Origin: Lama guanicoe
Lineage: Eukaryota
Reading direction: 5' to 3'
Length of the DNA: 64,000 bases
NCBI GenBank assembly: GCA_013239625.1
Contig: MU054400.1
Span: 3,012,282-3,076,281 of the forward strand
Shown: positions 50,771-64,000 of the stretch, in pieces
Layout: each line of letters opens with the position of its first letter
Position numbering within the stretch: position 1 is the first letter of the stretch
Notes under the pieces: model-generated
Databases searched by the model: none
Seen by the model: the letters and a program-made list of their open reading frames with translations, nothing else
Told to the model about the DNA's origin: nothing
Program-made: the position numbers and the translations under genes

Positions 50771-51939
50771 CAAGTTTCCTAATTCTTAACAGAATTTCAG
50801 AACTCAGTCATCTAGCCAGTGACTTTGAGGAGAACTCCCTGGATTCTCATTTATAAGATCAGGATGTAATGTCACTAGATCCTGAACCTCCTGCCTCCTT
50901 CCAGACTCCTCCCTTGGTTTAAAAAAAAGGGGGGGGATGCTATTAAAATTGGATTTCTGAACATGTTAAGTATTGTATGAAAAGTGTAGCAAAAAGGCTA
51001 ATAATAAAATTTAAAAGTCAGTTAGTCTGCTTGCAGATCTGCTCTTTAAGACTTCCAGGAACGGGTCATGTGAATTGGAAAAATACAAAATGCAGGATTC
51101 CATCGGCTTTTTCCCATTAATTAAAGAACTGAAAACCTCCACAAAGAAATGCTATGACATGGTCCCTCGACTGTGGGGTGAAGGTGGGACTAGATGCAGA
51201 CTCAGAGGCTTGCAACGTACTTTGGCAATGTATTAGCTCAACCCTGTCAGGTCACAGATGAGGAAACTGAGGCACAGATGGTCAGGAACAGTCATGGAGC
51301 CGCTGGGGACAGTGCTGAGTCTCGTCCCCAGTTCCTGAACTTCCAGAGACCCTCAGCTGGGGCTTTAATGTTCTCTCTCTTTGGTTCCCTGCAGCTGAAG
51401 CAGGCAATGTCATCACAGTGGCCCGAGGCCATGTGTGCACAGGTGTATGTCCACAGCATGCCCTATTTCTTACGCCCACCGCCTCTGTCCCACAAAACAA
51501 GGTTCAACACATGTAATCAAGCACCACAAAGCGTGTGCATTTACACTTCGAAGAGCTACAAAATAAAATTGAAATATTTCTTCTAGCCTTGCTGTGTCCA
51601 TAGTAAGAACGAAAAGCAAATCACGTTGCTGCCTGGATTTTAGTTGTCCCCACCAGTTCCCCAATTCTCCTAAGAAGGTCAGCCCCAAATAAGAGAGCTG
51701 AGGCTGGGAAGGAATCCGGGAAAGCTGTAAACAAGCTCCCATGTCTCTCCCCAGCGTGGGTCTTCCCCTCCCCGGCTCAGCTTCAGTCCCGGCTTTTGGA
51801 ACCCGCTGCCCTCTTGGGACACAGTCCGCCCTCCACCATCCTACCGACTGGCTCCGCATCCCTCTCACGTCTTTTTAAAGAGATATTTTGGGAAGCAGCA
51901 CACGCACATCCAGAGACCAATTACTCAATCTCCCAGCAA

Positions 51940-52205
51940 GTATGGAGATGATGGAAGTATAGCCTTCCGGTTGCCTAGCAACAGCGTTGGGGGGGAGGCC
52001 GGGGAGCGAGCTGGTTGCCCAGCACCACCCTGCGTAGAAGGCATTTGCGCATTTGGCTTTTGTTGTCTTTGACGGCCATTTCTAAAAACGGGCTCTGTAT
52101 TCTTGGGGGGGATTTGAGGCACTTAAGTTATTCTTTTAAAAGATCTCTGCTGACATCCACAGGTCCTATAATTAACATCTCAAGCCTTCGCAGGCCGGAA
52201 GTGTT
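51940..52205. promoter_or_regulatory. Candidate enhancer: RFX X-box GTTGCCTAGCAAC (51970-51982) with ETS motifs (cttccgg 51964-51970; CCGGAAGTG 52195-52203)
   Basis: Motif matches only, in non-repeat sequence. Confidence 0.45.
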
Positions 52206-55200
52206 CTGTCACCCCTAAAAATACAAGGCCCCCTCTTGGTCCTCCTCCTAGGGTACATGAGGAATGTGTCCGGCCCCCTGTTTCCTCCCTGCCCTCTCTG
52301 GCCTTGACACATATTCACCCCAGGTGTGGACAATCAGCAGTCCTTTCTTTTCTTTTCTTTTTTTCCAAAATGCTAACTCTGCCCTCTAGAAAAATCAAAA
52401 GGTTACAGTCACTGGACCTCTGAGTCAGTCTGTTTTTTAACCTAAAAAGACCGGCGAAAGCAGATCCCACACCTGCTGTCCCCGCGCCTCCATGGCCCCC
52501 AACTCTGCTCCAGCCTCTCCTCCAGTAAAGAAAAGATTGCACAAACTGGAGTAGGGATGGATTAAATGAGAGATGAAGGTGTGAGCTAGCCCAAGGGCGG
52601 GCCCCCTCAGTGGAAGCACCCGGGCTCCCAAGAGAGAAGGCGGCTCAGAGGAAAGGCAGTGTTTCTGTGGTTTATGGGAGGGGGTCCTTTAGGGGAAAGA
52701 GAAGCAGAGGCAGGATCGGAGAGAGATGTGGGGTTTCCATTATCAGTACAAGAAAACGGAAAGGGTGAGAGTTGAGGAGAGCTGGGTCTGCTCTGAATCC
52801 AGGCCCACGTCTGTTATTTCTGACCAAAGGGCCTCTCAGTCCTGGAAACCCTCGGGAGGGCCCAGCCTTCTGGTTAAAGCTTGGGGATAAGGGAGGACCA
52901 ATGGGAGCGCCAAGGACTGAAATGCTTTGGGGGCCGGGGGACACCCAGGATCGGGAGTGGGACACAGTGTGCTCTGTTGCAGGAGCGCTGATTGAAAGCA
53001 CAGGACAGGGCACACAGCCTGCCCCTCCGTGCTGGGTTTACAACGACCTCTCAAATGTTGGGTGTCGGAAATGACGGCTCAGGTGAGAAGCTGGCCTCTT
53101 TAGATCACTTACGGATTTGATTTCAGCCAAGTAAGGGGCTGTTCCTCTCATAAACAGGGAGAGCCCTCCACGTTCCCTCCTCTGCCTGGCTGTGCCCTGG
53201 TTCGATGCCCCAGGTGTCAGGAAGTTTGCACCATTTCCATCAGCCTTCACTCTGGGGCCCATGGCTTCCCATAGAGTCAGGCTGGGCTGTCCGCTCTTAG
53301 TCCTCCAAGCAGGCTCCTGAGAGACCGTCATCACCTGGCGTCTAGCCTGAAGTCAAGCCTGAATCATTTAGCTCATGCAGCCATGAGCAGTGGCTAAAAG
53401 TAGAGGAACAGGAGCAGACAGACAAGTCTCTCCCTGGCCCTGAACCCCAGCATGATCTAGGGGGTGGCCCACAGCCGTCCCTGGACACGTGAGCACCTTT
53501 CTACTCCTGGACCCCACTCGGGAGCCAACCCAAGCCTGAGCTGATAGGCTGAGGGGTTTCTGAGCAAAGGGAGGAGGGTGGGGAGAGACGGGGAAGGAAG
53601 AGCTGGACCCGGTCACCGCCTGTGCTGTTCAGTTACTCTCTGGAGTGAGAAATTGGGGGGAAGTGATGAGACTGATATTTCCATGCAAAATCCAAGACAA
53701 ATCCTCCAGGGAGAGGAGCTTTGTTCTTGTGGGCTTCCTTCTGGTGTCTTCAGGCCCCACAGCCTGGGCTATGGAATGTTAGCGTGGTCTAGCTGCCCGC
53801 TCCCCGCGGGGACACTGGGATCTGCGGGTTTTCCAGAGAAGGGTGACTCAGTTAGGACCGTTCCCTGTCTCCCCCTTGCACTGGTTTCAGGAGGAACAAG
53901 ACATCAGAGCTCCTGGAGCCCAAGGGCATCCAAGTATCAAGGTGGAACAGAATCGTAGCTTGGGGAAGCCCCTCAGCTGGTTCAGGGCAGGGCCAGGGCC
54001 GCATCTCAGGGGCTTCAAGACCAGTCCTCTGAAGCCCCAGGCTCTCTGGAGGCTGAGCACCAGCTTGCACTTTGTGCCTAAAGCTCTAGGCCTGACCCAA
54101 AGGCAGAGCCACAGACATGAACCGGGAGCCAAGAGACTGAAAACAGACCTTCTTCCACCACTTTGCTCGGGGTCAGTTTGATGTCCAGCTAGGTGCACGA
54201 GCTGCCTCTCGGAACTTCCCAACTTGATGGACAAATACACCCAGGAGCAAAACACGAGCCTCCAAATCGTTGTTTCTGCTCCTGCTGAGGCTAATTCCTT
54301 ATTGCATTGCTGATCTGAAGTCCTGCGTGTTCAAGTTCGGCTCCGACACGGGCCTTTGCCAGGGGCCCAGTTACCATGGCAGTGCCTCCGAAATAGAACA
54401 AGTCCGACACACAGCAACAGACGGCACAATAAATAGAATAAGTACTCCTTACAATACCTGATTCTGTCTCTACCGGGTAGAATGTGTGCAGAGAGTTGAA
54501 AATCACCACACCTCCCCCCCTTCATTTAATTAAAGGCAAACAATCCCACAGATCGGAAATGCGCAGTGTTTGTGTCGGAGTGGAACTCGAGTGGCTGTGT
54601 GATTAAGAGGCCAGGATCGTGGTGGAATTTGCTGGGGAAAACTTGGCGCACGAAAGCCAGGGCCACTCCGAGACTCACTCTGAAGAGCTCTCTCCCCGAA
54701 CCCACCTTGCCGCGTGGTTTGGTTTGAGGCTCTCAGCGTGAGCAAAGAGTGACACAGAAGAAACGTAGAACATTTTTTCCCCTCTCTGTTTTCCCGTGGC
54801 CATTCTGATTTTCTCCCATTTCCCCATGACACTCGCAAATGCCATGCTTCGGATCAAAAATCAGACAGGCAGCCTTAGTGTAGGTAGCCGCGGGGTTTAG
54901 GAGGCTGGTGGGAGAGCCCTGTGGGAAAATCTCCAAAGCTTACTCGGAAGAGGATGACACCCGTCTTCAAGGCTGCTATTTCACCGGACACGGCACAGCT
55001 GGGGCTGTTTCTAGGGAAATACGTGTCTCAGGGTCTCCAGCCTCTCATGCCCTCTCTGGGTGATGCTCCATCTTAAACAGCTTGACCCGGAGGAGAATGC
55101 GGTGCCTTTGGAATCAGACAGGCATGTGTCCCAGAACCCGCTTTGGCCCTCGTCGAGTGAATGTCCCTTAGCCTTGGCTTTAGCCATGTTTAAAATGGGG

Positions 55201-56054
55201 CTAAGACTCTCTTTTCTAATTCAGCTGCTGTGAAACTGAATGCGGTGTAGGTCCAAGTGTCTAGCACAGCGTCTGGTCTATGGCAGGAAATGATCATCAG
55301 GGTCCTTTTTCTCACAGCAGCTGCAGCGAGCAGGGGAGGGGTCCCAGACGTGGCCCTCGGCGTGACTCTGGAGCTAATGGTGACAGAACCCTGGGCAAGT
55401 CCATTAACCTCCGAGCCTCCCTGCCCCAGCTCTTACAAGCAGCCACCGTTCACAACATCTCACAGGCGACTGTGAAGAATAAGCCAAGACGACAAATGTA
55501 CATCACCTGGAGTAGATTCTGCCACTCAGTGGGCGCTCGTCACAGATTAGGTCCCTTGGGACGCTGATGCTGGGATGGAGGTGGGCGTGTGAGGTGTTTA
55601 TTTCACACGCTGGGATTTTACATGCCCTCGGGATGAATGCTCGAGGGCGAAAGGAAGCAGGATTGAGAACGTGAAAGACGCCCAACGTAGTTGACAACTT
55701 GGCACCAAGTGGCCATGCTGCCTTCTTGAGAGATGGTGCCAATATCAAGGGCTCGTCATTGGACCCCGTCATGGGCGGGCTGGACGTTCAGCGGGGGAGG
55801 CGGCCAGCTCAGCCTTGGTGGGTGGAAGCACATGCCGGGGGCGTGGGGGAGCCTGCATCCCTGGCGCAGCGTCCATTTCTCTCATGTGTCTTGTGCCTTT
55901 GCCGTGACGGCTGGTGACAGAGGCTGGCTGAGGCTAGTGGACCAGAGCATCTTGTCTACTTGGAAGTTTAGTGCCTCTTTTGGGAGTGAGTATTCTCTGA
56001 AGGACATTAACCTGTTGTGCACTTAGTGGTCTAAGTCTCTCAGCTTCAAATCTA

Positions 56055-57480
56055 TTTTTTTTTAAATGAACTGTGATTTTAAGAGCAGTTTTAGGTTTAC
56101 AAGAATAATTGTGAGGGTAGTACAGAGGATTTCTGTAGAGTCCCCACCCAGTTCTCCCTGCCCCTAGCATCCTACGTTCGCATAGTACGTTCATCACAAT
56201 TAATGAACCAGCCTTGATACGTTATTATTAATCAAAGTCCATTCTTTTATTCAGAGCGCCTCAGCTTTTTCCTAATGTCCTTTCCCGCCCCAGGACCCCA
56301 CCCAGGAGCCCACATTACATCAAGGCTCCTTCAGCTCCTGTTGGTTATGAGAGTTTCTTTGACTTTCCTTGTTTTTGCTGATTTTGACAGTAATCATATA
56401 GAATGTTCCTCAGCTGGGATGTGTCTGAGGTTTTTAGTGAGGAGTGATGTCCTTTGGGCAGGAAGGCCGCAGAGCCATGGGCCACTCTGATGACATCATT
56501 TGATGAATACACGCTGTTCGTACGACTTGGTGGTGGTGATGCTAACTGGCTTGAGGGTCTCCACTGTAAAGTCATGCTTTTTTTCCCCTTCTTTTTCCAT
56601 GTTCTACCACCTTGAGGGCGGGAGAGTAGCTACATTACTTATTCAGAATTCTTTGGCAGGAAAGATTTGTCTATTCTGTCTTACTTATTAATTTATTCAA
56701 TCTTTTATTTATATCGCTATGGACTCGGAGAAGTTTATTTTCTACTTTAGGCAATCATTCAATGCTACATTATTTATTTTATTGCTTAAATCGTTTCAGT
56801 CCTGGCCATTTGGAACTCTTTGAGTTGGCGTCTGGATCCCTTGCCCCCCCCATTACCGTGTGTTTTTCTGTCTTGTTTTTGTTTTTGTTTCTTTTTTAGC
56901 ACTTTTTTTTCCCAGCAGCCTAAATTCTCCAGGCTCAGCTTGTGTATTTCCTGCCTCAGCCCTCGAATCAGCCATTTCTTCAGTAAGTCCTGGTTCCCTC
57001 TCTTGGAGGACAGTATTGGAAACCAAGATCTGGGTTCTAGGTGTACTTGTTGCAGTTAAGGGGTCTTTGCTCCCCGGCCCTCCCTCTCAGCCGTCAGATC
57101 AAGGAGATATACGTATTCATACTAACCAGTGTCTCCATGCGTGTGTATGGACATTCCTGTATGTAACCATGTAAATCTATATTGCACCAAACAGCTTCAT
57201 ACCGACGTCTCCAGCTCAAATCTGTTACCACATGGGGCATTCCAGCCTCATTCCCTTGCTTATTCATAACCTCCCGCTCCAACAGTGTGGAACCTGGCTC
57301 CCACCATGTGTTTAATTATTTAAACCGTGTGTGCATGCGGAGTGGGTTCACCCCTTACTCGCATGGGACAAAATGATCAGCCAGAACGTAGTGCTTTTGC
57401 ACACCTGCTTTTGCCTTTAGGCTTCCAAACTCCACTCATTTCCAAAGAGACTTAAGTCAGCACTTTATTCCGCTACATCT
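56055..57480 (-). mobile_element. Old L1M (L1MC/MD-like) 3' region
   Basis: ttttaagagcagttttaggtttaca...tcacaattaatgaacca...ttattattaatcaaagtccat...ggaaaccaagatctggg. Confidence 0.75.
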
Positions 57481-57716
57481 ACACCTTCTCCTGCGTGAGG
57501 AGACTGCAGCTGGACTCAGTTCTCTCTTTGCCGTCTGGCATGATCGTGGGCTTTGCCAGTAGCGGGCACTAGAGGGACACCGGTGGGCCGTGGGAAGAGG
57601 AAGGCACGTCTCTCCCTGGTTCTGTGTGCTCTTCCCTGCTTGCTCCTATGACAGGGTGGCAGCCAGCAGCCTGCAGGACAACCATTGACATTCCCTTTTA
57701 GAGCAAGTTCTGCCCA

Positions 57717-59990
57717 CAGGGCTAGCTTCACGGGCGTGTAACCAGTGTGGTGGCTCAAGACTCCCACCCTCCTTAGGGGCGGCATGCTTGGTTTAATGCT
57801 CTGTGGTTACCAGCTTGAAATTCTTAATGATTTTATCTTAGAATTTATGCCTCGTCCGCGAAGTCCAGTGGGACAAGGGCGCTGGTGTGCATAACCAGTA
57901 TTGGCATTCACACGCCTGGGCTCAGGGCTCAGATCCACACGCGAAGCAGGCCGTGTTGTTCAGCGTGCACACCAAGTAGTTGGCCTGGCTGCCTGCTGCA
58001 CACAAGCGTACCTGGGGTAGCTCAGGGCCCCGAAGACCCCAAGGGTGACCTGGGCTGGGACCGCGGCGGCAGCAGCGACAGACATCGCAGTGGTGGCAGT
58101 CACACCCCTGCAAGAAAGGAGAGGCACTTCATGAGTGTCATGTGGGGACCTGTGGTTAGAAGCCAGCTTTCCCATCCACCCCTGGAACCTGTCCCTGGGA
58201 CATCTGCACAAATATTAACTCTTCAGCCTGAGCACCGAGATAAGAACTACAGGTGCTCAGCCAGTAAACATCTCAGTAGATTACTACAAAATGAAAGTGT
58301 GATGCTGTGAATTATAATAAATATGTATTTGATCTTCAGCCCCATTTCTGGCACAGAGCTCCTAAAACCGTTGGAAATTCTTAAGCGCTGAGAGCTACAA
58401 AGGTGTCTTTTGTTATGTGCATGAAGTGAGTTTTGGAAATCACTCCGTCTAAGGATGGAGGCTAGTTGCCAGGAGAACCAACCATGTGATTAGAAGGTTG
58501 AAAATTTTAGTCTCCTTCCTGACCTCCCTGGAGGGGAGAGGAGCTGAAGGTTGAATCGACCACCAATGGCCAACGATTTAATCAACTATGCCGATGTAAC
58601 GAGGCCACCATAAAAACCCAGAACGATGGAGTTTGGAGAGCTTCTTGGTTGGTGAACACCTGGAGATTCAGAGAGAGGCGCTCACCTGGTGAGGGCGTGG
58701 GAGTCCAGGGCCCTGTCCCCGCACCTTGCCCTGCGCACCTCTTCTATCTGGCTGTTCCTGAGTTTTATAATGAGCCAGTGATCTAATAAGTAAGATGTTT
58801 CTCTGAGTTCTGTGAGCTGCTCTAGCAAATTAACTGAACCCGAGGAGGAGGTCATTGAAACCTCTGATCTGTACAGCCAGTGGGTCAGAAGCAGCGATGG
58901 TGACCTGGACTAGCAATTGGCATCTGCTCTGTGTGTGTGTGTGTGTGTGTGTGTGTCTGTGTTGAGAGGAGGGGGAACAGTCTTGTAAGACTGAATCTTT
59001 AACCTGTAGAATCTGACACTGTCTCCAGACAGATGAGGTCAGAACTGAGTTGACTTGTGGGACACTCAGCTGGTGTCTGAAAATTGCTTGGATCCGTGGG
59101 GGAACCACCCCCATTACCACACACACACACACACACACATTGATATTAGGACCAGAACTCTTAAGAAAGGACATCACAATAACCATATCAGGGAATTACT
59201 AGGATTCTTCAAAGAGTTTAGAATCTCTGGTTCTGAAACCTGCTGCAAGATTGGAAAGCAAAGATACATATGTCTAGAAATAGAAATTAAGTTTAAAATT
59301 GTTGCATCCAATGGAAAAGAACTATAGTTTCATATGAACTTTCCAATAAACAAGTTGCTAACCAGAAAGGCAATTTAAAAATTATAGTTTTCTTGTCACT
59401 GAAGATATAGCAATAGGCTACATAACAGGCATTTTGAATCACATACAAATTACAAAGTACATTTAGTTTCTTGCACAAGTTCCACAAGTTCCAGGAAATG
59501 TCAGAGGAAGCATTAAAATGTCATTGTACAAACTTATGCTTAAAATTAAACTCAGACTTAAATAAAAATGATTAGTATAAAGAGTTAAATCTTTTTACAT
59601 AAAGATTTAGACTCGTGCCCTAGATGTTTCAAAATCTTACTTTGTGCCCTAGATGTTTCAAAATAAGATTTTGAAACAATTTATCAGAAATTTGTCCCAA
59701 TGTTGTCACAGCCTGTAACACACTCTTAACAACTTCAGTAACCGTTGCATCAGCAGAGAGAACCTTCTCAAAATTAAAAATGATTTTTGATCTTACATTT
59801 GCTAAGAGCAACTGACATTGTTTCCATATGCCATTGAAAGTGAGGCTGCTAAGTTTGGATGAATTTGTAGAAAAGTGAGCCAGAAAAATCACACGATCAA
59901 TCAAGACATCACATTAATAAGGTATTATTATTTATTGTATTATATAAAATGATGACACCCCAACTAGTAATAAACTCTGCATGGCCTTTC
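57717..59990 (+). mobile_element. MER45-family (hAT-Tip100) DNA transposon with a transposase remnant, interrupted by an LTR
   Basis: MER45-like left end cagggctagcttcacgggcgtg...gcttggtttaatgctctg...cttgaaattcttaat. 59696-59785 translates to PNVVTACNTLLTTSVTVASAERTFSKLKMI, a hAT dimerisation motif. Right end uncertain. Confidence 0.7.
58297..59160 (+). mobile_element. MER21-like LTR with (TG)n and (CA)n tracts
   Basis: tttctggcacagagctcctaaaacc...accaaccatgtgattaga...ctctgagttctgtgagctgctctagcaaattaa...gacactcagctggtgtc. Confidence 0.75.
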
Positions 59991-60542
59991 CCCCCAGCAC
60001 TTCCCCTCTAATACTGTGGGGTCTCTCAAGTCCTGTGGCCCCAAAAGCTATGCTGTCCGCAGTGCATCTGCTGCAAAGCGCTTTTGTGTGTTGGGTTCCG
60101 GAAGCTGGCAGCCTTTTAGATCACCCAGTGTGGGAGATAGACCCTTGGGTGCTCCCCTATTCACAGTCGGTAGTGTGGGCAGGACCTGGGGTTGGTGTGT
60201 AACTAAGAGATTACGGCAGATGTGATGGGATGTCACTTCCTAGCATCCACCCTTGATATCCTTAATGGTACAAATCGAGTAGGTCCTTCTTGGCCTCCCA
60301 GCTACTTGGCCCTGGAGCATGCTCTGTTCCACAGACAGAGGGCCAGCTTTGCACCCTGGGGCTCTCTCCAGGTGGAGGACACCTGACAGTGCTATCTGCT
60401 GCTGGCTGGAAGCACGCCCGGCGGCTGGGGCAAAACTCCTTTCATCAAAGTGGCACTTGGGCAATGTGTCACAGTGTCTATCTATCACAGCAAGTAATTA
60501 ATTTGATTTCTTTTCTTTTTTTATTCTTAAAAATTAGATATA

Positions 60543-61292
60543 TATCACTAATTATCAGAGAAATGCAAATCAAAACAATGAGGAATCACCTCACACCAGT
60601 CAGAATGGCCGTCATTCAAAAATCCACAAATGACAAATGCTGGAGAGGCTGTGGAGAAAGGGGAACCCTCCTACACTGCTGGTGGGAATGCAGTTTGGTG
60701 CAGCCACTATGGAAAACAGTGTGGAGATTCCTCAAAAGACTAGGAATAGACTTACCATATGACCCAGGAATCCCACTCCTGGGCTTAGCCTAAATGTCCA
60801 TCAGCAGATGACTGGATAAAAAAGAGGTGGTATATTTATACAGTGGAATACTACTCAGCCATGAAAACTGACAACATAAAGCCATTTGCAGCAACATGGA
60901 TGCTCCTGGAGAATGTCATTCTAAGTGAAGTAAGCCAGAAAGAGAAAGAAAAATACCATATGAGATCGCTCATATGTGGAATCTAAAAAAAAAACCCCAC
61001 AAACAAAGCCTAAATACAAAACAGAAACAGACTCACAGACATAGAATACACACTTGTGGTTGTCAAGGGGGCGGGGGGTGGGAAGGGATAGCCTGGGATT
61101 TCAAAATTGTGGAATAGATAAACAAGATCATACTGTATAACAGGGAAATATATACAAGATCTTATGGTAGCTCACAGAGAAAAAAATGTGACAATGAATA
61201 TATATATGTTCATGTACAACTGAAAAATTGTGCTCTACACTGGAATTTGACACAGCATTGTAAAATGATTATAAATCAAAAAAAATGTTTAA
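60543..61292 (+). mobile_element. 5'-truncated lineage-specific L1 (ORF2 C-terminus plus 3'UTR) with TSD aaaaattagatata (60529-60542 / 61293-61306)
   Basis: ORF2 cysteine-rich end IIREMQIKT...[40 protein letters not shown] target, exact 14-bp TSD, apparent internal deletion near 60785. Confidence 0.93.
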
Positions 61293-61697
61293 AAAAATTA
61301 GATATAGTATGAAAAAACATGTGTGTAACTCTTACTTGGCATTCTGGGTGTCCGGGAAAGCAGACTGCTATTCTGGAGAACTGCAGAACCAAGGTCAGCC
61401 TGGTGTGCAGGTAAATTAGGTATTTATTCTCTTCTATGTTCTGGGTGGCCCAGAGAAGCTTTGTACCTTAAAATAGTTCCCCCCAACTACAGTCTCGATT
61501 TCTTCCCATTGCCCTTTCTTCCCATGCTTCAAGAAGAGAAATTGAGGCAGTTACAAAACATAATACATAGAATAAGCAAATGTAGAAAGATCCCCCCCAA
61601 ATTCCATTCGCTAAGGGCCATTCAGGAAAGGAAGCGGACGATCAAAATTAACATCTAGATTAAGATTCTTAAAATCTGCTTTAAAAGCGTCCTCTAG

Positions 61698-61836
61698 AGG
61701 GAGGGTGTAGCTCAGCGGTAGAGTGCATGCCTAGCATGCACCAGGTCCTGGATTCAATCCCCAGTCCCTCCATTAAAGTAAATAAATAAACAAACCTAAT
61801 TACCCTCCAAACCCTCCCCCCAAAACACAAATAAAT
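61698..61836 (+). mobile_element. tRNA-derived SINE (camelid Vic-1-like) with TSD aaaagYgtcctctag (61683-61697 / 61837-61851)
   Basis: gggagggtgtagctcagcggtagagtgcatgcctagcatgcaccaggtcctggattcaatccccag, then an A-rich tail. TT|AAAA L1-endonuclease site. Confidence 0.9.
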
Positions 61837-63409
61837 AAAAGTGTCCTCTAGGACAATGCAAAGGGATAAGACAATTAAGTCCCCCCCTCCCATCCCAGGT
61901 GGGGAGTTGGGATTTGTCCCCTGAACCCGTTGCTGCCAGGTGATGGTACACCGCTCACAGACTCGGAGGGGTCCCTCCTGCCTGCATATTCACATCCAGA
62001 GTTACTGTGGCTCCAGCCAATCATGGATCATTTCTTACCTAATAGTCTACAAATAAGGTGTCTTTTGAACACTTGCACACTGTATGTACATCTTCGGAAG
62101 GAATGGAGACAGATTAGGAAGGGCTGATCTTCCACTCGCTCACTTCTACTGCAAACCTTTGCCGCCGTTCCCCTGAGCTCGTGTGTTGGGTTTGTGTGTC
62201 TGCTCTAATTTGGTGAAGTTTTCGGTTTGAATTAACCAGTTAGCTCTCCATGAGGGGAAGCTGAGGGCGAGGGAATGAGACTTAGGAGACTGGCACTATT
62301 TTGAATTCCAAGCTATCTACCTAAAATTCTGTGATTCAGAGCAGCTCACCCTCTGATTTTAGAGGGAAGGGGAGCTCCCCAGGAATTTGATTCCATCTTT
62401 ACCCCTTCTCCCAGGGTGGGGAGGTGTGAAAACAACCGGCCAGTCGGAGGAGTCAGAGCTGAGAGCCGGAACTCGGGGCAGATGAGCAAACAAGCGAATG
62501 GAGAAGCTCGTGAGGTCTGGGGAGGCTGTGTTCCTTCCTCCCATTTCCTCCTTTTATACATTTTAACCTTTTAACACTTAAACTTTCCCTAGTATTCTAA
62601 TTCCTGTGGCTCGCTCCTTTCTTGCTATTACAGTTTACTCATAGACATGATAAATGAATACAGTAAATGATCGCTGAAGGTCGACCAGATGGCTTGATGA
62701 CTTCGTTTGCTCTCTCTTTGGGAAAACAATTGACAGGAATCCCAGCTACTCATTCTCCCGCAGGCAAGGGTGTGCAGTGATTGCTTCTGAAAATGCAAAG
62801 ATAAACACGCTTACTGCATGCTTGGAAGCCCCGGGGATTCTGGGGACACTGGGGACACTCTCTGCACCACCATTTTATTCGAGAACGTAAGGAATTAATT
62901 GTACACCTTGCTGTGGGAAAAAGGCACACCGCATATTCCAGATATCAAGATCTTTCTTTTAGGATTAGAATATGTAGTTGACACAGAAAAAATACTTTCA
63001 AGATGTTGAAAGAAAAAAAGAAGAAAAAACAACCATCAAGACTGCAGCTTTTTAGAACTCGATATTACTCAACACCTGCATGGTTTCTTATCTCTGTGGG
63101 GTAGGAGTGTCTATGGTTTCTCAGCGACCATAACACACCCATCCATAATCAAACATGAGTTCTCCCAAAAGATACAGAAAGAAAGCAGGGGAGAAGACAC
63201 AGAACTCCTCCTAGGAGTTTCAAAATATTTCCAGAGACGAGAGCTTGAAAGATCAGTTTCCTCCTTGGGGCTGTCTCAAGAAGTAGGTACATTGCTTTGC
63301 AGCTCACCCACCCTGGATCCCGGCATGAGACGGGCTCTCCCTGCCTGTGCGGAGGCCTGCACACGACCAGCAGGGATGGGGGGAACCGGGGACTGGACGG
63401 GACTTTGCA

Positions 63410-63585
63410 GTCACATCAGGATTCTGATCCATTCCATCTCTTAGTCATGCGCTCTTTCTGTGCCTCAGTTTCTCCATTTGTAAAATGGGGTTTTGGCAAG
63501 ATGGACTCCCAGGGACTCTGGCGATAATTCAATGAGAAAAATAGATGACAAACTCCTTGCACAAAAGAGGCATTTAATAAATGCC
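63410..63585 (+). mobile_element. MIR SINE
   Basis: tctgtgcctcagtttctccatttgtaaaatgggg. Confidence 0.75.
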
Positions 63586-63859
63586 TGTGTGATTACCTCC
63601 CTGAGGGCAGGACTCTCTCAGTCCCCAGCACTTCCCAGGTACTCAGTAGGTGCTCAAGAATGTTTGTGGAATAAATAAGTCATATTAATTTTTTTCCCAC
63701 TCCCTATCACTGCCACCCTAGAAACTAGGCAAAATGATTTACCTCCAGTGAAGGGAGGACCACACTGCCTTATCAGGAGAAGCCGTCGTAGGGTTTCATC
63801 TTCTAGATTCAGGTACTGGGATGCAGTACTGGGAGGGGGGATGTAAACTGACACACCTA

Positions 63860-64000
63860 CTTTAGGGAACAATTGGGAAAACTAGTTTACTTAAGGTCAA
63901 CGTGCATGCCCCTGGAGACCAGCAAGTCCACACCTAGGAATTTACCCTAAGAACACACCTTTGTATACAAGGATACATAGACCAAAACATGGGTGTTACA
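63860..64000 (+). mobile_element. Old L1M ORF2 3' fragment, running off the window
   Basis: gaccagcaagtccacacctaggaatttaccctaaga. Confidence 0.55.

Noticed and set aside
60290..60793. 167-aa ORF
   Set aside because: Chance read-through into a truncated L1 ORF2 C-terminus.
61698..61775. tRNA-like sequence (also 36730-36810 on the minus strand)
   Set aside because: It has an A-rich tail and TSDs, so it is a tRNA-derived SINE rather than a tRNA gene.

Overview
Mammalian genomic DNA, most likely camelid (inferred from two tRNA-derived SINEs that resemble the camelid Vic-1 family). It holds the 3' end of NTRK2 (TrkB) on the + strand: about 37 kb of the long intron inside the kinase domain, the last two coding exons (36900-37058 and 37913-38098) and a 3'UTR of about 5.5 kb ending at paired AATAAA signals near 43.6 kb. 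The rest is repeat-rich intergenic DNA (L1, L2, MIR, MER DNA transposons, LTRs). The most interesting observation is a candidate 27-nt in-frame microexon (6219-6245, WNFSPCISM) in the intron where the paralog NTRK3 carries its kinase-insert exons. Other points of note: a 4372-bp gapless tandem duplication plus a third partial copy across an N gap; a ~320-bp tandem duplication of the NTRK2 polyadenylation cassette; a 340-bp TTC/TCC tract grown from an L1 tail; an exact 36-bp dispersed duplicate; and an RFX/ETS motif cluster downstream of the gene. Repeat family names come from recognition by eye, and their boundaries are approximate unless target-site duplications (TSDs) are given.
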